Below, piece after piece: positions 19,164 to 28,017 of a stretch of 64,000 bases of DNA. The position numbers and the translations under genes were made by a program. Numbering within the stretch: position 1 is the stretch's first letter; each line of letters begins with the position of its first letter. Source of the stretch: Dehalococcoidia bacterium (GTDB lineage: Bacteria; Chloroflexota; Dehalococcoidia; DSTF01; JACRBR01). The DNA is taken from contig JBBDXD010000022.1 in NCBI GenBank assembly GCA_040902535.1, positions 220,823 through 284,822 of the forward strand, written 5' to 3'. The notes beneath the pieces were generated by a model. The model made no database searches. It was not told the DNA's origin and saw nothing but the letters and a program-made list of their open reading frames with translations.

Positions 19164-19880
19164 ATGCACGCAACACTTTCGATGCCATCGTTAGCAGAAC
19201 TCTGGGGCCTGCAAGAAATCGACAGCGCGCTCGATACGCGCCGCGCGTCGCTCGATGATGCACGCGCGCGTATCGGCGACACGGAAGAGATCGTTGCACT
19301 GCGAGCGCGCGTCGAAGATCTGAAGGCGGCGTCGCGCAACGCGCAGTCGGCACAGAAGGACATTGAACTGGAAGCCGACGATCTCAAGTCGAAGATCGAG
19401 CCGGCAGAACAAAAGCTGTATGGCGGCACGGTCCGCAATCCACGCGAACTGAGCGACTTGCAGGCGGACATCGCGCAGCTCAAGCAGCATCTCTCCGCCG
19501 TCGAGGACCGCGACCTGGAGGCCCTCACGGCATCGGAGAAGGCGGACAACGAGTTGCGCGAAGCCACCGCCGAACTGGAATCCCTCGAAGCCGCCTGGCG
19601 GGAGGAACAGGCGGAGCTGCGCGAGCGCATCGACCGGCTATCGGCTGAGATCGCAATCTACGAGCGGCAGCGCAAAGAGCACGCCGCGGACATCGAGCCG
19701 GACCTGGTGAAGACCTACGAGCACGTACGCAGGGCGCACCAGGGGAGGGGAGTTGCCAGACTCGACCGGAATCTGTGCCTGGGATGCCGGATCTCGCTTC
19801 CGGTGAGCACCGTCAACCGCGCCCGCGCGGGCGCTGTGGTCGTGCAATGCCCGAACTGCGAACGCATTTTGTACGCGTGA
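19164..19880 (+). CDS. Coiled-coil C4 zinc-ribbon protein (DUF164/CT398-like)
   Basis: L..LQEID, long coiled coil, CLGC...CPNCERIL. Start 19164 or 19182. Confidence 0.92.
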   Translation: MHATLSMPSLAELWGLQEIDSALDTRRASLDDARARIGDTEEIVALRARVEDLKAASRNAQSAQKDIELEADDLKSKIEPAEQKLYGGTVRNPRELSDLQADIAQLKQHLSAVEDRDLEALTASEKADNELREATAELESLEAAWREEQAELRERIDRLSAEIAIYERQRKEHAADIEPDLVKTYEHVRRAHQGRGVARLDRNLCLGCRISLPVSTVNRARAGAVVVQCPNCERILYA

Positions 19881-19881
19881 C

Positions 19882-21288
19882 ATGAAGGCGGTCGGATACT
19901 TCCGAGAGGCGCCGGAGTGCGGCCAGACGCTTGCTCAGCAGAACAAGCTCTTCCTGGAGTTCTGCGATCGCGAAGGCTACGAGGTCGCGGGCACGTTCGC
20001 CGATGGCGCTTCGTCCAACGGGCGGGCGCCGGGGTTCCGCCAACTCGTCGCGTTCCTGCGCGAGCGCGAAGGCGCCTTCCACGTCGTCGTGGTGCCGAGC
20101 ATGGAGACGCTCGGCGGCGACGTGAGGGACGCGGCCGTGCGCTATTTCCAGATCGAAGGACTCGGCGCGCAACTCGCCTCGATGGACGGTACCGCCGATG
20201 CGTCGGCCGGACTGCTCTCGGCGTGGACCACGCACGACGACGGCAACAAGCTCAGCGACCGCGTGCGCGCGGCGATGCGACGCAAAGCCGTGAAGGGCGA
20301 AGTGCTCGGCCGGCCGCCGTACGGTTATAAGGTCGGCAACCGGCGGCGCCTGGAGCTGATCCCGGAAGAGGCAGTCGTCGTGCGTTACATTTACCGTCTC
20401 TACCTGCATGAGAGCATGGGCATCCGCCTGATCGCCCGGCGCCTGAACGAAGAAGGCCTGAAGACGCGGCGCGGCGGCAACTGGAGCATGGTGAGTATCC
20501 GCGACATCTTGCGGAACCGCGCCTATCTCGGCACGTACTCCCGGTTCGGCGTCCGCGTGCCCGGCAGCCATCCGTCGCTTGTCGCCAACGACGACTTCAA
20601 GCTCGTGCAGGACCGGCTCAACGCGCGTCGCACGAGTTATTCGCCGCGCGTGACGTCGCAGTTCCTGCTGTCCGGCATGGCGCACTGCGGCTACTGCGGC
20701 AACAAGCTGATCGGCGTCAGCCGCAAGCAGACCTGGAAGCGCAAGAGCGGCGAACGCGTCGAGAACTCGTACCGCTATTACCAGTGCGAGTCGCGCACGA
20801 ACCAGAGCGTCTGCAGCTACCACACGCGCCGCGCCGAAGATCTCGAGGCGGAGGTACGCGCGTCGATCGAGACGTCCGTCCGCGAGGGGCACGGCCTGCC
20901 GCCGGCCGCGAACGAGGCATCGCTTGTGGCGGATAAGGAGCACGAACGTGAGCGCCTGGCCTCCCGCGTCCGCGCCGTCGACAAGCGGCTGGAAGGCTAC
21001 GTGGAGGCAGCCGTCAAAGGACGTCTGACGAAGGAGAAGATGCACGAGTTGAGCGTTGCCGCCGCCTCGGACAGGCTCCGCCTCGAAGACGCGCTGGAAC
21101 TCGTAGAGCGTCGCATAACCGATCGCGAGCACGCGTCCGATCGCAAGCAGACGCGCGAGCGCGATGTAGCGCGCCTCGTGCGCGAGTGGAGCGACCTGCG
21201 CTTTGCGGAGCGCCAGAACGCCCTGCGCGAAGCGGTCTCCCGCGTGACGGTTTCCGACGATCGCATCGACGTCACGCTGCGCCCCTAA
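19882..21288 (+). CDS. Large serine recombinase-family protein with degenerate catalytic domain
   Basis: GRPPYGY, recombinase domain (IARRLN..G..T..G..WS..SIR.IL.N.AYLG), zinc ribbon (LLSG.AHCGYCG..YYQC..C) and coiled coil. N-terminal motif is YFREA instead of YxRxS. Confidence 0.88.
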   Translation: MKAVGYFREAPECGQTLAQQNKLFLEFCDREGYEVAGTFADGASSNGRAPGFRQLVAFLREREGAFHVVVVPSMETLGGDVRDAAVRYFQIEGLGAQLASMDGTADASAGLLSAWTTHDDGNKLSDRVRAAMRRKAVKGEVLGRPPYGYKVGNRRRLELIPEEAVVVRYIYRLYLHESMGIRLIARRLNEEGLKTRRGGNWSMVSIRDILRNRAYLGTYSRFGVRVPGSHPSLVANDDFKLVQDRLNARRTSYSPRVTSQFLLSGMAHCGYCGNKLIGVSRKQTWKRKSGERVENSYRYYQCESRTNQSVCSYHTRRAEDLEAEVRASIETSVREGHGLPPAANEASLVADKEHERERLASRVRAVDKRLEGYVEAAVKGRLTKEKMHELSVAAASDRLRLEDALELVERRITDREHASDRKQTRERDVARLVREWSDLRFAERQNALREAVSRVTVSDDRIDVTLRP

Positions 21289-21290
21289 CG

Positions 21291-22217
21291 GTGGCCGCCA
21301 AGAGCATCACCGTCGCCGCAACCGCGCCCGATGTGCTCACCCGGCTCGCCGCCGCTGCCGACAGCATGGAGCAGGCGCCCCTGCAGAACGGCACACGCGT
21401 CCGGCTGTCCATGAAGGGGGCCAGCGTCGGGCTCAACGTGTACCCATCGAAGGACGGCGGCGCCAAGGTCGTCTTCGACCGCGCCGACGCGCCGGAAGCT
21501 GATGCGATCGCGGCGCTGCTCGAAGGCGCGCCGTCGGCGGCGAAGACGCGCAAGCCGGCGGGGACGACGATCGAACCCGTGCTACCCGAGGCGCGGGCAT
21601 GGATCGGCAGCGACGAGAGCGGCAAGGGCGACTACTTCGGGCCGCTGGTCGTCGCGGCCGTGGCGCTGACGTTCGATAACTGGCGCGTGCTGCAGGCGCT
21701 CGGCGTGCAGGACAGTAAGAGCCTGTCCGACTCGCGGTCGGCTTCGCTCGCCGCGCAGATGCGCACGGCGTTCCCGAACAAGGTGGTCGTCGTCGGCAAC
21801 CGGCGCTACAACGAGTTGTGGGAAGAGATGGGCAGCGTCAACCGCCTGCTCGCCTGGGCGCACGCGCGCGCCATCGAAGACGTCATTGAGCTTGCACCGG
21901 CGTCGACGGTGGCCGTCGCCGACCAGTTCGGCGATGAGTCGCTGATCCGCAACGCGCTGATGCGGAAGGGGCGCGAACTGCAACTCGTGCAGATGCACCG
22001 GGCCGAGCGTGATCCTGCGGTGGCGGCGGCTTCGATCCTGGCGCGGGCGGAGTTCCTGCGCCGGCTCGACGCGCTATCGCGCGAGGCAGGCGTGCGACTC
22101 GCGAAAGGCGCATCTGCCGCGGTCGAGGCTACGGCGCGGGCGTTCGTGCAGCAGCGCGGCCGCGAAGCGCTGCGCGACGTGGCGAAGGTACACTTCCGCA
22201 CGACGTCAAAGCTGTGA
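21291..22217 (+). CDS. rnhC: Ribonuclease HIII
   Basis: IGSDESGKGDYFGP, GVQDSK, DQFG, AE.DPAVAAASILAR, plus an N-terminal extra domain. GTG 21291. Confidence 0.9.
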   Translation: MAAKSITVAATAPDVLTRLAAAADSMEQAPLQNGTRVRLSMKGASVGLNVYPSKDGGAKVVFDRADAPEADAIAALLEGAPSAAKTRKPAGTTIEPVLPEARAWIGSDESGKGDYFGPLVVAAVALTFDNWRVLQALGVQDSKSLSDSRSASLAAQMRTAFPNKVVVVGNRRYNELWEEMGSVNRLLAWAHARAIEDVIELAPASTVAVADQFGDESLIRNALMRKGRELQLVQMHRAERDPAVAAASILARAEFLRRLDALSREAGVRLAKGASAAVEATARAFVQQRGREALRDVAKVHFRTTSKL

Positions 22218-22226
22218 GCGCAGGGC

Positions 22227-22254
22227 TTCAGGCGTGATTCGCACACGATATAAT
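22227..22254 (+). promoter_or_regulatory. rnpB promoter
   Basis: TTCAGG-N16-TATAAT ending 5 nt before the RNA 5' stem. Confidence 0.7.
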
Positions 22255-22259
22255 GAGGG

Positions 22260-22628
22260 GCCAGCGGGCCGGGTGGCCGCTCCCGCAAGGGAGAGGAAAG
22301 TCCGAACTCCAAAGGGCAGGGTGCCCGCTAACGGCGGGGCGTCGCGAGGCGACGGAAAGTGCCACAGAAACATACCGGCCGTTTCGGCGGTCAAGGGTGA
22401 AATGGTGCGGTAAGAGCGCACCGGCGTCGCGGAGACGCGGCGGCCGGGCAAACCCCACCCGGAGCAAGGCTACATAGGGGACCGTGTCCTGACCGAAGGT
22501 CAGGCCTAAGGACGGCCCGTCCGAGCGTCCCGGGTCAGCCGCTTGAGCCGCGTGGCAACGCGCGGCCCAGATAGATGGTCACCGTCCGCTTTTGGCGGAC
22601 ACAGAATTCGGCTTACAGGCCCGCTGGC
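22260..22628 (+). ncRNA. rnpB: RNase P RNA (type A-like)
   Basis: GAGGAAAGTCC, AGTGCCACAGAAA, GGTAAGAG, GAGCAAG and ACAGAA..CGGCTTA signatures. Terminal GCCAGCGGGCC / GGCCCGCTGGC P1 pairing. Confidence 0.97.
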
Positions 22629-22715
22629 ATCTCCTCCCCCGCCCTTCGTCTGAGCCCGAACACCGTCGCACACCCGGCTTCGCTCCGTGCGCAGCAGAGA
22701 GTTATATTTCGCGGC

Positions 22716-23411
22716 ATGTCGCTCGATGAAGCTGACGCCCCGGCACGTTCGGCACCCGATCAAGGGCACGTCGCCGCGTCCGCCGACGACGCGAGCGTCG
22801 TCGCCGCGTTGCGGGCGCGGGACGAAGCCACCTTTGCGATGCTCCTCGAACGCTACAACAATTCGCTGCTGCGTCTCGCGATGACCTATCTGCATGACCA
22901 GGCGTCGGCGGAAGAGGTCGTGCAGGATGCGTGGATCGGGCTGCTCGAGAGTCTCGATCGGTTCGAGGGGCGGTCTTCGCTGAAGACGTGGCTCTTTCGC
23001 ATTCTGGTCAACTGCGCGCGTGCCCGGGCGCGCAAGGACGCCCGCACGATCCCCTTCTCCGCCGCCTTTCGTCCCGAGGAGTTGGACGCGGGAGAGCGCA
23101 CAGGCCGTTTCGTTCCCGACTGGGTGCCCGTCCTGGGCGGGCACTGGGTACGGCCGGTGGCGCAATGGCAGGACGATCCGGAGCACCGGGCGCTTGCCCA
23201 CGAGACGCGCGCGCACATCCAGCGCAGCATCGACGAACTGCCCCCGGTGCAGCGCGAAGTGATCATGCTGCGCGACGTGGCCGGCTTCGACGCGCACGAG
23301 GTCTGTAATGTCCTGGGACTCACGAACACTAACCAGCGGGTCATCCTGCATCGCGCCCGGACGAGCGTGAGGCGAGCGCTGGAGCGCCATTTCGCGGAGG
23401 CAAGGGCTTGA
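22716..23411 (+). CDS. ECF RNA polymerase sigma factor
   Basis: AEEVVQDAW, F.GRSSLKTWL.RI..N and LPP.QREVI.LRD motifs. ATG 22716. Confidence 0.93.
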   Translation: MSLDEADAPARSAPDQGHVAASADDASVVAALRARDEATFAMLLERYNNSLLRLAMTYLHDQASAEEVVQDAWIGLLESLDRFEGRSSLKTWLFRILVNCARARARKDARTIPFSAAFRPEELDAGERTGRFVPDWVPVLGGHWVRPVAQWQDDPEHRALAHETRAHIQRSIDELPPVQREVIMLRDVAGFDAHEVCNVLGLTNTNQRVILHRARTSVRRALERHFAEARA

Positions 23412-23662
23412 GGGATGCCGCGCCGATCAAGTGCCGCGAACTCGTCGAACTGGTCACGGACTACGTCGAGGGGGCGCTATCGCCAGGCGCGCGCGCGCAC
23501 TTCGAGGCGCATCTGCGGGGCTGCCCGTGGTGCACGCGATACCTGGAGCAGATGCGCAGGACGATCGAAATGACCGGCCGCCTGCGCGAGGAGGATCTCT
23601 CGCCCGCCATGCGCACGACGCTGCTCGCCGCGTTTCGCGCCTGGGGCGCCGGCGCATTGTAA
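23408..23662 (+). CDS. Soluble zf-HC2 (ZAS) anti-sigma factor
   Basis: C.ELVELVTDY.EG.L and HL.GCPWC (Hx3Cx2C). No TM helix. TTGA-coupled to the sigma gene. Confidence 0.92.
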   Translation: MRDAAPIKCRELVELVTDYVEGALSPGARAHFEAHLRGCPWCTRYLEQMRRTIEMTGRLREEDLSPAMRTTLLAAFRAWGAGAL

Positions 23663-23776
23663 AGCGTGTTCGCGAACGCGGAAGATGATCGCCCACGACT
23701 GTAACGCGCTGGCTCCGCGCAACACTATAGAATCACGTTTCGGTGCGGAACGTCAGCGTAACGCAGGAGGTGCAGG

Positions 23777-24847
23777 ATGACCGTACAGACCGTGGACCAG
23801 GCCAAGGCCGAACAATTCGCCGGCACCGTGGTCGGCGCGTTGAACAGCGCGTTCACCACGCTGATGATCAGCGTCGGACAGCGCACGGGGCTCTTCGACA
23901 CGATGGCGACCTTGCCGCCATCCACGAGTGAAGAGATCGCGAAAGCGGCCGGCCTCGACGAACGCTACGTGCGCGAGTGGCTCGGCAGCATGACGGTCAG
24001 CCGTTTCGTGCAGCACGATCCGGCGAAGGGCACGTACTTCTTCCCGCCGGAGCACGCCGCATCGCTCACGCACGCCGCCGGCCCCGGGAACCTCGCCAGC
24101 TTCGCGGAGTTCCTCGCGCAGATGGGCAAGGTCGAAGACGAGGTCGTTGAAGCGTTTCAGAAGGGCGGCGGCGTCCCGTACTCGAAATTCGACAGGTTCC
24201 AGGAGTTGATGCGGCAGGAAAGCGCACAGGTCTTCGACGCCACGCTTCTCGATGTCACGCTGCCGCTCGTCGAGGGGCTCCCCGACAAGCTCAAGTCAGG
24301 CATCGACGTCGCCGATGTCGGCTGCGGCGCCGGCCACGCGATCAACGTCATGGCGCGGGCCTTCCCGAACAGCCGCTTCACCGGCTACGACTTCTCGGAG
24401 GAAGGGGTCGCGTTCGGCCGCGCCGAGGCGAAGGAATGGGGCCTCGCCAACGCGAAGTTCGAAGTGAAGGACGTGGCGAACCTCGATGGATCGACGAAGT
24501 TCGATCTGATCACCGTCTTCGACGCGATCCACGATCAGGCGCAGCCTCGAAAAGTGCTCAAGGGCATCGCCGACTCGCTGAAGCCCGGCGGCACCTTCCT
24601 CTGCGCAGACATCGCGGGTGACAGCAACCATGCGGGCAACATGGAACACCCGATGGGGCCGGCGCTGTACGCCATCTCGACGTTCCACTGCATGACGGTG
24701 TCGCTGGCACTCAATGGCGAAGGACTGGGCACGATGTGGGGCCAGCAGAAGGCGCGCGAACTGTTCCGTGAAGCGGGCTTCACGTCTATCGAAGAGAAGA
24801 TGGTCGAAGGCGACATCCTCAACGTCTACTACGTGTGCAGGAAATAA
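23777..24847 (+). CDS. SAM-dependent methyltransferase with N-terminal wHTH (Rv2258c-like)
   Basis: LDERYVREWL, DVGCGAG and FDAIHD motifs. SD AGGAGG. Confidence 0.9.
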   Translation: MTVQTVDQAKAEQFAGTVVGALNSAFTTLMISVGQRTGLFDTMATLPPSTSEEIAKAAGLDERYVREWLGSMTVSRFVQHDPAKGTYFFPPEHAASLTHAAGPGNLASFAEFLAQMGKVEDEVVEAFQKGGGVPYSKFDRFQELMRQESAQVFDATLLDVTLPLVEGLPDKLKSGIDVADVGCGAGHAINVMARAFPNSRFTGYDFSEEGVAFGRAEAKEWGLANAKFEVKDVANLDGSTKFDLITVFDAIHDQAQPRKVLKGIADSLKPGGTFLCADIAGDSNHAGNMEHPMGPALYAISTFHCMTVSLALNGEGLGTMWGQQKARELFREAGFTSIEEKMVEGDILNVYYVCRK

Positions 24848-24888
24848 GCGCTCGCGGAGCGCCAGTCACTTCAATGGAGGCAACAACC

Positions 24889-25176
24889 ATGTTTGGCAGC
24901 GTATTCAAGATGCAGGCGAAGTCGGGAAAGAAGCAGGATCTCATGAGCCTGATGATGGACGACAGCCGGACGCCACCGGGCGCTCGCGCGTTCTACCTCT
25001 ATGACACCGGCGGCGACGAGGTGTGGGGCGTAGCGGTCTTTGACGACGAGAAGACGTACCGCGCCAACGCCGAATCGCCCGGCCAGGACGCCGAGTACCG
25101 GAAGATGCGTGACCTGCTCACCGCCGACCCGGAGTGGCACGACGGCACGATCCAGGCCTGGCCGGGTAACAAGTAG
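24889..25176 (+). CDS. ABM-like (dimeric alpha/beta barrel) small protein
   Basis: 95 aa, VAVF.DE..YRANAESP.Q pattern. SD GGAGG. Confidence 0.7.
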   Translation: MFGSVFKMQAKSGKKQDLMSLMMDDSRTPPGARAFYLYDTGGDEVWGVAVFDDEKTYRANAESPGQDAEYRKMRDLLTADPEWHDGTIQAWPGNK

Positions 25177-25271
25177 CTGACCGTCGCACGCCTCGGCAGC
25201 GCATGCGTTTGCGACGGCGCTCCTCCTCCCCCACAATGACGCGTTGGTTGGAGGAGGAGGGTCAGCTTTTC

Positions 25272-25838
25272 ATGCTCAAATTCATCATCATCTCGGCCAT
25301 CGTCATGGCTGCGCTCGCCCTCGGCGGTTGCGGCGACGACGACGGCAACGGCGACAACGGGAACGATCCGCAGGCCACCGGCGCCGACGCCGGAAACTCG
25401 TCCTCGCCGTCGGGGACGGGAGGCGAGAGCGTCGAAGGCATCAACGCGCACGCGCCTGCCGACGGCATACCGCCGCTCGATGACTCGCTCGAAGTGCAGA
25501 CCACCGACGGCGGCCTGCGCTACATCGACGAGGTTGTGGGCGACGGTGCGGAGATCGAAGACGGACAAGTTGCCACCGTCCACTACACCGGCTGGCTCAC
25601 GGACGGCACCATGTTCGACACTTCGCGGGATCCGGGAGGAGCGGCGTTCCAGTTCCCGGTCGGGGCCGGTCGGGTAATCGCCGGTTGGGACGAAGGCGTC
25701 GGATCGATGAACGTCGGCGGCAAACGGCGGCTCATCATACCCGCCGATCTCGGGTACGGAGATCGCGGTTCGACGAGCGGTTCCATTCCGCCTGGCGCCG
25801 TGCTCATCTTCGATGTCGAAGTCCTGGCGGCGCAGTAA
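25272..25838 (+). CDS. FKBP-type PPIase, lipoprotein
   Basis: Lipobox LGGC, VHYTG.L.DGT.FD.S and VIAGWDEG. Confidence 0.93.
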   Translation: MLKFIIISAIVMAALALGGCGDDDGNGDNGNDPQATGADAGNSSSPSGTGGESVEGINAHAPADGIPPLDDSLEVQTTDGGLRYIDEVVGDGAEIEDGQVATVHYTGWLTDGTMFDTSRDPGGAAFQFPVGAGRVIAGWDEGVGSMNVGGKRRLIIPADLGYGDRGSTSGSIPPGAVLIFDVEVLAAQ

Positions 25839-25841
25839 CGC

Positions 25842-26234
25842 GTGCCGTTCGGATTTGGGCGCAAGAAGACAAGGAGCAGCACCGGCATGGCAGATGCAGT
25901 GACGACGCCGAGCGGCCTCAAGTACGTCGACGAAGTCGTCGGTGGCGGCGATACCCCCGCGAAGGGCAAGAAGGTACGCGTGCATTACACCGGCCGCCTC
26001 ACCGACGGCAAGAAGTTCGACAGTTCCGTCGACCGCGGCGAGCCCTTCGAATTCACGATCGGCGTCGGGCAGGTGATCAAGGGTTGGGATGAAGGCGTCA
26101 TGAGCATGAAGGTCGGCGGCAAGCGCCAACTCATCATCCCGGCGGACCTGGGGTACGGCGCCCGTGGCGCTCCCGGCGCCATTCCGCCGGACGCCGAGCT
26201 GATCTTCGATGTCGAACTGCTGGGAGTCGCGTAG
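25842..26234 (+). CDS. FKBP-type PPIase, cytoplasmic
   Basis: [15 protein letters not shown] and VIKGWDEG. No signal peptide. Confidence 0.95.
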   Translation: MPFGFGRKKTRSSTGMADAVTTPSGLKYVDEVVGGGDTPAKGKKVRVHYTGRLTDGKKFDSSVDRGEPFEFTIGVGQVIKGWDEGVMSMKVGGKRQLIIPADLGYGARGAPGAIPPDAELIFDVELLGVA

Positions 26235-26237
26235 CGG

Positions 26238-27020
26238 CTAGAGCGTCGAATCCAGGAACGCCGATACCGCATCGTTGAAGGCTTGCGGCTGCTCGAAATA
26301 TGCCGAGTGGCCGCTTTCTTCGATCACGTGATAGCGCGATCCGGCGACGGCGCGATGGCACCGCTCGATGATGTCCGGCGGTGTGATCGCGTCGTAGCGC
26401 CCGACGAGGAACAGCACCGGGAAGTCCGCATCCGCCAGCCGCTCAGCCGAGCTGCCGCGATAGCCCGCAATCGGCGCCAGGAAGTCCTTCGGGCGCGGCG
26501 GATTCAGCCGCCCGATCGAGCGGTACAGGAAGTCGAGGTGCGCCGCGCGTTCCTTGAGCTGCGGCGAGACCGCGCGCTGCATCAGCGTCAGCCGCCCGGC
26601 GTCTGACTCGCGGTGCGCGTCCTGAAGCTCGCGCACCCCGTCGTCCACGGCGCCGCCCGTCGTGCCGGCCAGGACCAGGGCCCTGCAGCGGCCCGGATTG
26701 CGCAGCGAGAAACCGACGGCCGTCCGCCCGCCCATCGACTGGGCGACGATGCGGACTTCATCGATGCCGAGCAGGTCGAGGAGTTCGCGCAGGTCTTCGT
26801 GGAACATGCGCCGTCCCAGTTTTGCCTCGCCCTCGCCGTCCCGGGAGAGGCCGAAGGCCCGATGATCGAAGGTGATGCAGCGGAAGCGCTTCGAGAACAA
26901 GGGTATCTGCTGCCACCAGCTCAGATGATTGCCGCCGGCGCCATGCGCGAAGACCAGCGCCGGTCCGGAGCCGTGCGACTCGTAATAGAAGTCGATGCCG
27001 TTGATGAGGGCAAAGGGCAT
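26238..27020 (-). CDS. Alpha/beta hydrolase
   Basis: HGAGG, DHRAFG.S, AQSMGG nucleophile elbow, GHS. Confidence 0.9.
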   Translation of the reverse strand: MPFALINGIDFYYESHGSGPALVFAHGAGGNHLSWWQQIPLFSKRFRCITFDHRAFGLSRDGEGEAKLGRRMFHEDLRELLDLLGIDEVRIVAQSMGGRTAVGFSLRNPGRCRALVLAGTTGGAVDDGVRELQDAHRESDAGRLTLMQRAVSPQLKERAAHLDFLYRSIGRLNPPRPKDFLAPIAGYRGSSAERLADADFPVLFLVGRYDAITPPDIIERCHRAVAGSRYHVIEESGHSAYFEQPQAFNDAVSAFLDSTL

Positions 27021-27051
27021 GCAGGGATTCTAGGCAGGCCAGCGCGGAGGC

Positions 27052-27084
27052 AAAAGAAATCGCGAGCGGCGGGGCGCTCGCGAT
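27052..27084 (-). terminator. Intrinsic terminator
   Basis: 10-bp perfect stem ATCGCGAGCG/CGCTCGCGAT followed by TTCTTTTG on the minus strand. Confidence 0.75.
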
Positions 27085-27208
27085 GCCTACGGTGTTGGTG
27101 GAGGGCCGAGACGCTTTGTGTGCTGAATGTCTGAGCGTCCCGGCCCCGGAAGTCCCTAACGTGCAGGAGGTAACCACACGTTTGAAGCCCTACGCCGTCA
27201 TCATAGGC
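27085..27208. ncRNA. Candidate structured RNA (possibly a short 6S-like RNA)
   Basis: 27085-27106 pairs with 27187-27208 (19/22 including G-U on +). Internal hairpins GACGCT/AGCGTC and AACGTG/CACGTT. No ORF. Confidence 0.5.
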
Positions 27209-27279
27209 AGGCGGTATTAAACGGCTGTTAAAGAGGGCATAACATTACATTGCGGGTTCGTGTGATTTCTTGACAACGA

Positions 27280-27873
27280 TCACGCCGCCGGCGCCAACTC
27301 GTTTCGCTCGATCAGCCCTGCCAGCGCCGCGACGACGTGAGCGCTGTAGCGCGTGCCGGCGCCGTCCCGCAATTCGGCCATCGCGGCTTCGAGCGACATG
27401 GCGGGCCGGTAACTCTGCGGCGTCGTCAGCGAATCGAGCACGTCGGCGACCCGGCAGATCATTGCGGCGAGCGGGATCTGGGGCTCGCGCAGGCCGCGCG
27501 GGTAGCCGCCGCCGTCCGGCTGCTCGTGGTGCGCCGCCGCGCAGTCGACGATCGGCTGCGGCAGCACCCGCTCGAGGATGGCCGCGCCCATGCCGGGATG
27601 CAGGTGGACATGCTCGGCCTCGTGCTCGTCCAGGCGCCCCGGCTTCTTGAGCACGCCCAGGTCCACGCCCATCTTGCCGATGTCGTGCAGCAGTGCCCCG
27701 ATCCGCACCTGCTCCGCGGCCTCGCCTTCCATGCCGAGCGCCCGGGCGATCGCGGCTGCGTACTCCGCCGTGTTCACGCAGTGGCGGAAGCTCTCCTCGT
27801 CCCAGACGCGCATGGCGTGCGTGAGCGCCTCGACGGCATGGATCACCGGGATGCGCTGTGGCTGGTCACTCAT
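27280..27873 (-). CDS. Stand-alone HD-GYP domain phosphodiesterase
   Basis: LLHDIGK, HP..G..IL and HHE.PDG.GYP motifs. ATG 27873. Confidence 0.9.
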   Translation of the reverse strand: MSDQPQRIPVIHAVEALTHAMRVWDEESFRHCVNTAEYAAAIARALGMEGEAAEQVRIGALLHDIGKMGVDLGVLKKPGRLDEHEAEHVHLHPGMGAAILERVLPQPIVDCAAAHHEQPDGGGYPRGLREPQIPLAAMICRVADVLDSLTTPQSYRPAMSLEAAMAELRDGAGTRYSAHVVAALAGLIERNELAPAA

Positions 27874-28017
27874 CGGCACTCCCTGTTCTGCAGTTGGTAT
27901 CGGCCGCATGCGGTGCAGGGGGCAGGCCCGGTTCGAACTTAGGGAAAACGCGTACGGCGCTTCGACCGTGCGATGAGTGCGCGGTAAGCTCTCCGCGCAG
28001 CCACGAGGGAGCAGCAC

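Noticed and set aside
19882-21288. Active prophage or ICE integrase
   Set aside because: Catalytic residues are missing, and there are no att-like repeats or cargo, phage or conjugation genes around it.
25272-26234. Tandem FKBP genes as a novel system
   Set aside because: An ordinary paralog pair (one lipoprotein, one cytoplasmic), with no unusual features.
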